NCBI GenBank assembly: GCA_000708835.1
Contig: DF237394.1
Span: 13,788-77,787 of the forward strand
Reading direction: 5' to 3'
Length of the DNA: 64,000 bases
Source of the DNA: Klebsormidium nitens
Taxonomy: Eukaryota; Plantae; Klebsormidiophyceae
Below are positions 54,701 through 64,000 of this stretch, one piece after another. The stretch's first letter is position 1. Every line of letters starts with the position of its first letter. A program made the position numbers and the translations under genes. The notes under the pieces were generated by a model that was not told where the DNA came from, did no database searches, and saw only the letters and a list, made by a program, of their open reading frames with translations.

Positions 54701-57700
54701 GATCGTCAGACAACTGGTGACCGTCCTGCGGGAGCTCGCATCGGAGTGCGTCGACGTCGCCTACAAGGCCTCGACGTCGCTCTAGGCGCAAATTAGCTTC
54801 GACACTTTCAGGGAGGATTTTGTTCCGGCCTCCGAGGCTCCAGCCGAGAATCCCGCTAATGTCCCCCAGGGGAACCAGGCGGTACAGGTATTTCGACGTG
54901 GCAGCCTGGCTGGAGCTCGTCTACTGTTTCAACTTCATCCTCGGGTTCTTTCTCGGGTTAGTGAGACCCGTTTTCGGCTTGTGGGCGACGGTGGTCGGAG
55001 GAAGCATCGGGTTTGTGACCCGGGTTTCAATGCGAGCCACAGCATTCTCGTCGAGGCTATTGCAAAAATGCAATTTATGCTATGCAAAAATAGAGCTTTA
55101 TAGCTTGGCTCATTCTACGAACTGGATGGCTGCAGAATGCGCAAATATTTATTTGTTCTTTGAGCTTACTTACCAACAATATCCTACTAAATCATGTAAA
55201 AAACAATAGAGTGTTTTCAATATGCTAGAGCTTTCGGTTGATTCGACTACGACATAGCCACGTTAGTGGCGTGGAGCATCACCCTAAAACGCGGAAAAAT
55301 CAGGACGCGAGCTTGTTCGTTGATGCAATTCTACAGCTTGCTACACACGGCTGCAACCTATGTGCAGAATTAAACCAACAAAACGACTATTCAAACTATT
55401 GTATTGAATATATCGGATTTTCAAGACGTGGGAATTTCCGGACGATTAATTACGCGTACGTAGTTGAACCGTACGTGCGGCAACTTGACCTTTTTTACAG
55501 AGTCGTGGCAATATAGGGTACCAAGTTACATGCGGAATCCCTAATTTATGGCTTTAAATACAGATCATAAAGACCGGAGGCTCTTTCAATTGACGCAAGT
55601 TAAGCCGCATGAGTTGAGAAACTAAAAGCATAACAGCATCATTGTGGTGCTAAGTTATGATGTCAACATTTACATCCCTTTGATCAATCAACACCTCGCA
55701 CAATTGCCGCTAGCTCGAAATGTGCGAGACATGCCGTTTGCCCCGTCATGAGCGTAGCACGATCGACAATCGTTACGGCAACCTATTGACGGTCATTGTG
55801 GCTGCCCGAATATCGGTAAATGTTATTGGTTTCTCTACCAACAAAGTTGTTGAGTTGCTAGCAAACACTATTGCCGTGCATCTATACTACATCTATCAGC
55901 GGTTTAAAAGTCACAAACGATTAGAAGAAACGAACCCCGTTTCAAGCGGTTGATGTGCTACAACAGCTCCAGCGAAACCGTACGCCCTGGCGGTACTCCC
56001 CCGGCTTGAAAAGAACCGATACGGCGCGAGTATCACTAAAGGTGCCAAGGGCCAAGGGCCAAGGGCCAAGCCTCACGTGGAGGGCAGGCTGGGACATAAC
56101 ATGGTAAATGTTATAGTTTTCTCTACCAACAAAGCTGCTCGGACCTGCTAGCAAACTGTACTACCGCTTGCATATGCCTTCACGAACAACCGTATAAAGA
56201 AATTTCCCTCCTTCAAATTGATGTCATGGTGGCTCCAACAGCTTTACGAGGCCACCGTCTTGGCGGTTTCGCAAGGGGGCCCAGGCCAAACTTTTCTCCA
56301 CATCCATTTTGCCCCCAAGTCTTGGTCCTTTGGCGCGGCGAGCGCATCCCAAATGAGAACGCATGTGCGTCCGAATAACGAGGCTCTTGTGCAGGCCACA
56401 ATCCTATCGGACGCTTCGACTCTAACAGCTAGTGGGAAAATTCTGCTCAAGATTCAAGAGATCGGCGGCGAGCTTCCTTCAAGAGCAACCTTTGAAATTT
56501 GTTATATTATATAGTCCGCCTTTTTTCTCGTGCACCATACAGACATTGATTGCTGATGAATACGTTTCACGTGTAGCGCTTCCAGCCTCCTGAACGCAAA
56601 GTTCCGAACCAGCAAATGCAGGTAAGATGCTAGCGGCGAATTGCAATGCCAGGCTTTGATCTGGAGCGGGACGACTTAAATGACGTCATAACTGATTAAA
56701 CATTGCAAACCGGATCTGCTTACCAACATGAGGCGCCGTTTCATTCTTCATCTTCAAATATGTCGAAAATCATGGATTCGGTCATCTGATTGAAAGTGAT
56801 TGGACCGATTTCGGACTTGGAGATTGTACCAGTGAGCGCCAGTGCCAACGGCGTTGAGACAATCAAAATTATTGAATTAACCTTTTAAGAGGATCGTCAA
56901 CCGTGGAGAAATATGGATACCAGCCGCAAAGTTGAGTGTGGCCATGCTAGTAAGCCTGGTGCTGTATGATTAAATGGCGTTCTGTAAAACGTGACCGTTC
57001 AGTTGGTAAAGTTATAACGGCAGCCGTTGGTCACGATCCGTCAATGCTTGTATCGTAGATGCCACGAGATTGACGTATCGGCATGCACTCTCTGATTGAG
57101 CGTGCTCGTTTGACCTTCTGATACGGTCATAGAGCAAACCACAAATTCCCCTACTTCAAGCCGTGGAGCTCGGGAAGATACAAAATTTGCGCTAAATACT
57201 ACGGCCCTTCGCCGTAAAGCGCTGGGGTCGCTGGGTCGTGAATCTTTTGAATTGAGATTTGGGCATTTCGTGCACGCACTCCCTTGGATGACGTCGACGG
57301 GAGTTCGACGATAAACGGTAGTTCGCGGTTGGCGTTTAAATGCGCGCGAGTGACAGCGTTACATCCGAATGACTTGATAGCCACCCTAATGAGTAGGTTC
57401 GATACTAGCCGTAGATATTCAAATTAGCGCGCACGCGACCGTTATGGTGCAAAATACGGCCGGGGTAGATCGGGGCCAAGTGAATTTATCGGCGGCGGCG
57501 GCCGCTGCAAATTGCAACGATAGGAGCAATTTCGACCCAGTGATTTTGGGTACTTTGTAGGTAACGTGTCGGGGGACCGTGCCATATTCCCCCGAGTTTT
57601 CGATGGTCCGGAGCGAATTTGCCCCATTTTCTCCCTTTTTGGCTATAAAAAAGGGGTGTCAATGCATGATTTAAACAACATCTCAAGCAGAGTTAGGGAG

Positions 57701-58229
57701 GTGACGCTTGAAGTTCAGGCTTGATGTATTGAAAAGCATGGTGTGCTTCACTGCGCCAAAAGTTTCCGTTTCTACATAATTCTATGCTCAAAATAAGGTC
57801 GAGGTAGGCAAAGAGCTCCTTTGTGTCTACCATATTTTGAGGTTCAGCATGAGCCTTTCACATTCAGCTTTCAAATTTTGGGCCTCAGCGTCACGACCGT
57901 TTGATGATCTCTACCGTGTACCCACGCGGTAGTCAGAGTGTCTGACAGCCGGCTAATCGTCCAGTCTTAGGTGCTATTTGAAAGGGTGCCCGGGGTCTAT
58001 TTTCCGTACCCTGTTTGCAAATATTACCGATTTCCCATAGTGCCGGGTTGGCGGAACGGCTCCACCAGGGTTTTGAAGTAATAGATTTGGGCGATGATCC
58101 ACGCTCCGGGTTGCTCAAAGAATTGTGGGCGGAAACGGTCGTGAAAGGCGAACTACACACGCCTGTGAGCGCCTACGGAAAATCCCGTGGGAAGCGTTCT
58201 TTGGTGAAAAGTCGAATGTCGAGCATATG

Positions 58230-58895
58230 AGGGCCTTCGACACATACCTAAGCAGCGGAGGCGGAACTTGGATTCGGTGAGCGAGCGACGTGTGTTCGTA
58301 GGGTACGAGCCGGACTCGAACGGAGGCGAGGTTGCTCCTGGATCATGACGGGATACGTTTATGATCTCCCAAGTCGTCATTTTTTACGAGGGGATTGGGG
58401 GAGACGGGGTTGTTGAGGTTGACTCCGACTCCATTGACGGTTCTCAAACGGCGGAGGGGCGGCGCACCTGTTTACACGCAGGTTTAAAAGGGATCCAAGA
58501 TTGAAGTGCTGCGCGCTCGACCCGAGGCCGCCCCGCGTGCTTCCACACATTGTGCGCGAAGTCAAGGCGCTCGGTTGGTGGAGATCGAGGAGGATACTAC
58601 GATGCAAACATTGGCTGCTCAAAGATACCCCGCGCGTGAGAGACGCGCACCGGGGTAGTGGTACCGCGCTAACTTAGCGGTGGAACCGAAGAAGGACGGG
58701 CACCCTAATGGGGACGGGGGAGTGAAGTGGGTATACAAGATAAAGCAGGACGCTCTTGGCAATGTGGACCGGTACAAGTCCCGGCTGGTGGCGAAAAGGA
58801 ACCTGCAAAAGCAAAGAAATCGACTTTGAGGAAGTCTATGCCGCGATGAGCAAGCACACGACTCTGCGGGCGCTGTTGGAAGTGTTATCGGACCG
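58230..58895 (+). mobile_element. Decayed Copia pol fragment (integrase C-terminal region to RT start)
   Basis: HIPKQRRRNLDSVSERRVFVGYEPDS, then WYRANLAVEP, then [23 protein letters not shown]...IDFEEVYA.MSKHTTLRALL, with deletions and frameshifts. Confidence 0.85.
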
Positions 58896-59598
58896 TGTTG
58901 AAACTCATGGTAAGGAATCGTAGTGTAGTTGAGTTACTCGTCATCGAGTCTTATCGTGTTGCCCGGCACCCATGCTCATCACTCATTGATAGCAGCCATG
59001 CGTCCTAANNNNNNNNNNNNNNNNNNNNNNNNNNNNNNNNNNNNNNNNNNNNNNNNNNNNNNNNNNNNNNNNNNNNNNNNNNNNNNNNNNNNNNNNNNNN
59101 NNNNNNNNNNNNNNNNNNNNNNNNNNNNNNNNNNNNNNNNNNNNNNNNNNNNNNNNNNNNNNNNNNNNNNNNNNNNNNNNNNNNNNNNNNNNNNNNNNNN
59201 NNNNNNNNNNNNNNNNNNNNNNNNNNNNNNNNNNNNNNNNNNNNNNNNNNNNNNNNNNNNNNNNNNNNNNNNNNNNNNNNNNNNNNNNNNNNNNNNNNNN
59301 NNNNNNNNNNNNNNNNNNNNNNNNNNNNNNNNNNNNNNNNNNNNNNNNNNNNNNNNNNNNNNNNNNNNNNNNNNNNNNNNNNNNNNNNNNNNNNNNNNNN
59401 NNNNNNNNNNNNNNNNNNNNNNNNNNNNNNNNNNNNNNNNNNNNNNNNNNNNCCACAAACTTCTCTTGGAATGATGTGTCACAATCGTTGGTTTCCACCA
59501 CTATCAGTCTTACGGGTCTCTCCCGTTCCACTAGGCTCACTAGCCTGCTGGGCTCACTAGCGTAAGTCACAAAGTACTACGCTCACTAGCGTAGCTCA
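58896..59598 (-). mobile_element. Truncated LTR copy(ies) of the 50681 family nested in Copia RT
   Basis: 58896-59008 matches the LTR start tgttgaaactcatggta. 59453-59598 matches the LTR middle (ccacaaacttctct...ctaggctcactagc) but is more diverged. N-gap between; right end lost. Confidence 0.85.
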
Positions 59599-59599
59599 G

Positions 59600-59937
59600 G
59601 ACACGGTAACCATTGGAGGGAGAGGAGAGACTCTTCTTGCTGATTGCGACGCGGATTACGCTGGTGACGTGAAGACAAAGCGGTCCACAACGGGGTACGT
59701 CCCCCTGATGTACGTGGGGGTGGTGAGCGGGTCGAGCAGGCTGCAGCCAACATTGGCGGCCTCAACGGTAGAGGCGGAGTACATGAGCGCTCTAGCGATG
59801 ACGAAGGCGCTGTGGTTCTGCAAGCTCAAGGGAGATCTTGAGTTGGACCTCGGAACAGTGCAGATCTAATGCGACAACCAAGAGACAATACGGGGAGAAG
59901 AGAGCGAGCTTTGGCGGAAGTCCATGGCACGAGACCG
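59600..59937 (+). mobile_element. Copia RNase H fragment fused to a pre-RT segment
   Basis: DCDADYAGDVKTKRSTTGY...STVEAEYM...CDNQ, then a junction to GEESELWRKSM, which normally lies upstream of RT. Confidence 0.8.
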
Positions 59938-61396
59938 CTACGGTGCAAATTGGTGGCGGGCGTTTTGCTGGGCTACGGTGCAGAAATGGGCCAAGGCGCC
60001 GTACCAATCTAAATTTAACGTGCGGGCCCTCTGCCGGATTTCCGGGTGCGGCGAAATTTGCCCTCGGCACCAAATCGGTCTGAGATACTGAGCTTTTGGC
60101 CCCAATTTCGCCTTGCTTCATTATGCCCCGAATGCGATGCACCGACCAAAGATAAAGTAACGCTCGAGTCTACTCACGCATTGCTGTTTACAAACTCTCT
60201 GTTCTGCCTTGCACTCGGTTGGAGCATATTTACATTCTATGTACTCTGTCGTCCATGCAATTTGCTAACCGGGAGGACTTGCTCACTCCGGGCTTTACTT
60301 CCACGCAGCCTCACGCTAACATAAACGGCCGGGAGGAACTTCCGGTCACCCCGGGTACTTTTGTGCACTGGAATCTAGGTACAACAACCCGAATATATGT
60401 ACATCCCGTGTACTTTATAGATCCTACTGCGGTAGGGCCCGGTTCTACCGGTACAACCTAGGCCGGTACTTTACCAAAGCTGTACCGGTGAGTACCTTCA
60501 AGAACCTCTCCCCCTTACCGTGCGTGTGGCGGTGCGGCGACGTACGGACAATTGTACGAACGGGTCCTCGCGTGTGTCGCTGGGTATCAACAGGGAATGT
60601 GAAAGTTTACCTTCCTTCCTACAAAATATGGTGGTCCAACAATGGCTTCTTTTGCTCTACCTTGCCATATAAGTGAGCCTAGAACATGATAAATGAGTTC
60701 ATACCAAGCTTTCACACTACCATAGGCTTAGTGTAGACACGGCCCCCAACCATTCCCTCCAGTGAATCTTGCCTTTTGAAGCTCCTACAATGTCATTTTT
60801 GTTAGAAGTNNNNNNNNNNNNNNNNNNNNNNNNNNNNNNNNNNNNNNNNNNNNNNNNNNNNNNNNNNNNNNNNNNNNNNNNNNNNNNNNNNNNNNNNNNN
60901 NNNNNNNNNNNNNNNNNNNNNNNNNNNNNNNNNNNNNNNNNNNNNNNNNNNNNNNNNNNNNNNNNNNNNNNNNNNNNNNNNNNNNNNNNNNNNNNNNNNN
61001 NNNNNNNNNNNNNNNNNNNNNNNNNNNNNNNNNNNNNNNNNNNNNNNNNNNNNNNNNNNNNNNNNNNNNNNNNNNNNCCCAGTCCGGTCGTCGCATTTTT
61101 TGTTAGAAGTATTTGCGCACTGCCACTCGGGCCACACTGGCGCCAGTGTGGCCCGAGTGGCAGTGCGCAAATACTTCTAACAATTTTCAAGGCCCAATTT
61201 TACCACAGAATCTGGTAATTTGGTGGTAATGTTTGATACTTTGGGGGCAATATAGTACGAGCACGTTCGGAGGTACCCACAAAACGCCGGAATTCGGTAC
61301 TCAAAGTTCGGTCGTACCGTCGCGATTGTGCGGGCCCCAACCACCGCAAATTTTCAATTACCGCGGAATTTGCCCTGGACCGAATTTGCCCCGTAG
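59938..61396. mobile_element. TIR-bounded non-coding insert (putative non-autonomous DNA transposon)
   Basis: Left end ctacggtgcaaattgg vs reverse complement of right end ctacggggcaaattcg (14/16). It interrupts Copia sequence between WRKSM and DEEMRSLL. No clean TSD. Confidence 0.5.
61100..61183. repeat. Perfect 84-bp palindrome (42-bp arms, no spacer)
   Basis: ttgttagaagtatttgcgcactgccactcgggccacactggc | gccagtgtggcccgagtggcagtgcgcaaatacttctaacaa, checked base by base. Confidence 0.97.
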
Positions 61397-62826
61397 CAGT
61401 CCCGTGGGACGAGGAGATGCGGTCCTTGTTGGCGAACGGGACGTAGGAGCTTGTCGGAAAACCGGATGGGGTGAAGCCGGTTCCCATGAAGTGGGTTTAC
61501 AAGTCAAGCGGGATGCGCTTGGAAACGTGGAGCGGTACAAGTCGCGGCTCGTGGCGAAGGGGTACTTGCAAAAGCAAGGGATAGACTTCGAGGAGGTCTA
61601 TTGCCCCGTGAGCAAGCACATCACGTTGCGGGCGCTCCTAGCGGTAGTCGAGGAGCGGGACTTGGAGCTTCGTCAATTGGACGTCAAGACGGCGTTTCTC
61701 AACGGGGAGCTCGAGGAGGAGATCTAAATGCAACAACTGCAAGGGTACGAGCAAGGCGGGCCCAACGTGGTTTATCACCTCAAGCGCACCTTATACGGGT
61801 TGCGCCAAGCGCCGCGTGCGTGGCACACGCGCTTGAAAGAGGAGCTCGGGAACTTTGAGTTCGTGGCGTCCTTGGCGACGCGGCGCTCTTTCGTGAGTGG
61901 TGGACGGGGAGCGGATTTACGTCATTGTGTGGGTGGACGACATTCTCGTCGCGGCCCGGGGGGCGGAGCGGATTGCGAAGATGAAGGCACATTGGCGGAG
62001 AACTTCGACGTGCGCGACTTGAGGGAGGCGCGTACTTTGAAGCTCACACAAAAAAAGCTCACGGGGGAGCTTCTTGGGCGGCAGGGATTGGCGGGCGCAC
62101 GGGCGCGCTCGGTCCCCCTCGGTGCGCGGAAGAATTTGACGAAAGAGGGTGCGCCGCTCGACACGGCGAGATTACCCTATAGCGAGCTCATTGGAAGCTT
62201 GTTGTACTTTAGCGTGTGCACGCGGCCCGACATCGCTCAAGCCGTGGGTGCTTCGGCGCGCTACACGAGCGCGCCATTGGAAGCACATTGGGCGGCGGCG
62301 CTTGGCGTGGTGCGCTACTTGGCGGGGACGGCGGAAGCCGCAATAACCTTCGGGGGCAGCGGCGAGGTCCTCGAGGCGTTTTGCGACGCCGATTATGCGG
62401 GGGACATCGACACAAAGCGTTCTACGACGGGGTACGTCTTCTTGATGTACGGAGGAGCGGTGAGTTGGTCGAGCCATCTTCAACCGATGGTGGCGGCCTC
62501 GACGGTAGAGGCGGAGTATATGAGGGCAAGGAACGCCGTGAAGGAGGCGTTGTGGTTCCACAAACTCGAAGAAGACTTGGGGTTGGCCTCGGAACGGTCC
62601 TTACTCATTGCGACAACCAAGGGGCAATACGGCTCCTCAAGCATCCGATCGCTTCGCACCGGTCGAAGCACATCGACGTGATTCATCTCTTGGCGCGGGA
62701 GGGGTGGCGCGGAAGGAGGTCGAACTCGCGTATTGCGAGACGGAGGACATGAAGGCGGACATCTTGACCAAGGCGTTGGCACCCGGAAAGTTTTTGAACT
62801 GCAAGAAGGAAATAGGAATCGCATAG
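61397..62826 (+). pseudogene. Copia reverse transcriptase-RNase H, inactivated
   Basis: [83 protein letters not shown]...TRPDIAQAV, CDADYAGDIDTKRSTTGY, HCDNQGAI, KHIDV, MKADILTKAL. In-frame stops and frameshifts are present. Confidence 0.95.
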
Positions 62827-62847
62827 GATACTTAGTTCGTGGGGGAG

Positions 62848-63075
62848 TGTTAGATTTGGGCTGTACTAGCCTTGAGTACGCCCTATCATCCTATGATGTG
62901 TCGGCTATAGAATCGTAGGTTTGATGCATAAGGTCGACCCTACGTTTGTGAGCTTGCATGATTGAGTATCCACCTTAGGATGTGCGAAAAGTGAGCCGTA
63001 GGATTGAGGCCATTGTGCATGGGTTTTTTTGTAAGCAACGTAGATTAGGGACCGTCGATCTTGTGGATTGAAACA
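62848..63075 (+). mobile_element. Putative 3' LTR of the 61.4-62.8 kb Copia (different family)
   Basis: Follows the purine tract gtgggggag, starts tgttag and plausibly ends ttgaaaca. The end is inferred without a partner LTR. Confidence 0.55.
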
Positions 63076-63764
63076 CCTAGGGTAGTAGCTATGCTTGACC
63101 ATGGCTATAAGACGATGGACTATGTAGCAAAAGAACCACGCTTATTCCTAGTTGTTGTGCACTTGAAAGGCGCTTGCTTTCAAGACTCCCAACATCTTTT
63201 TGTGCTTGTCAAATGTTCCTACATGCTTCAAAAGCCTCATCTTTGAGCACTATTTTGTTGCTTCTTTCAAAGTGTAGATTATAACACCATCTTACGGCTC
63301 CATCACACTGCGTTACGGCCGAGCGGAAAATTTGATGTCCTTGTACCGTAAATCTTACACAATCGTCACCCGCTGTAACGCAAACCGCCAATACTACTGA
63401 CGTAATTTGATACGCCTCGAGTCCCATTATCGTCGTGAATCGAGTCAGAATCGATTCTGTCGGTTCCCACCCTAGGTAGCTTGTGTGTAACCTCGAGTTG
63501 CAGCGGCGCCGTGCACAGTTGCGCGGTACGTTTCTTCTCTGGTCCCGCTGGTATTTCGGTTGGAGGGGCACTGGGATTGTAACGAAGGCAACATGGTTGG
63601 CCACATTCACCACATTGCCGAATTGGACTTCTCTCTATTAAAACATTTAAGGTGCTGTTTTGAGTCCTAATTTGTTACTACACCGTTGTTGGCAGGTGAT
63701 CATGGGCCCTCTTGTGCATCGTGACTTTCTCCCATTCTATCCTACTATCCCACGTTGGAGGTCG

Positions 63765-64000
63765 TGTTACAATCCGGTGATTATGGTCAGCCGGATTACT
63801 CCGTGATTAGGGTTCGGACCGAGTTAGGGTTTGAACTAGTGAGCGCCGGCGTGCGTGCACAGCGGTTAGGCGGTTAACCTTGGAGGTTAGGCGGTTGAGA
63901 GGGCCGCCGATATGGAGCCGTAGATGAGGATATCGATGGCTATGATTGAGTGTGAGTGTGATCTAGGCTAGTGAGCCTAGTAGTGTGTGACTTAGGCTGT
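63765..64000 (+). mobile_element. Diverged LTR of the 50681 family in opposite orientation, running off the window
   Basis: tgttacaatccggtgattatggtcagccgg...ttagggttcggaccgagttagggttt aligns with the reverse complement of 51180 backwards. Confidence 0.88.

Noticed and set aside
55815-56156. CRISPR-like repeat-spacer array
   Set aside because: Only two diverged repeats, eukaryotic context and no cas genes.
54900-58200. Bacterial contamination or a giant-virus insert in the AT-richer block
   Set aside because: No long or recognisable ORFs. It is interleaved with host-type Copia remnants, so nothing supports a specific origin.
58929-59570. Long ORFs in the track here and at 53184-53588 and 60717-61218
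   Set aside because: Artefacts of translating through N-gaps.

Overview
Eukaryotic nuclear DNA with spliceosomal introns and GC-rich exons. Gene content and style fit a charophyte green alga such as Klebsormidium (inference). The first ~48 kb is gene-dense: a FLOE1/DUF1421-like prion-like protein (3' part), a CYP727-like P450, a FRIABLE1/RRT-like GT106 glycosyltransferase head-to-head with an RPAP1/MINIYO gene, an orphan disordered protein, a three-exon ACR2/CDC25-like rhodanese that the ORF track shows only in fragments, a complete 4-EF-hand CDPK with a 22-nt micro-exon, and a fused pantothenate kinase-DUF89 phosphatase (PANK2 type). Two MITE-like elements lie between genes. From ~48.5 kb the window becomes a transposon graveyard: a frameshifted membrane-protein relic, a short TSD-flanked Copia element whose primer site matches the anticodon half of tRNA-iMet, further LTR copies, decayed Copia pol fragments, and a TIR-bounded insert carrying a perfect 84-bp palindrome. 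The most striking unexplained structure is inside RPAP1/IYO: five copies of an LxRQPTPxPGAI phospho-motif, each followed at exactly 17 residues by an Lxx[IL]xE-acidic motif matching the PP2A-B56 docking consensus. All calls were made by eye with no database searches. Several N-gaps have demonstrably unreliable lengths.
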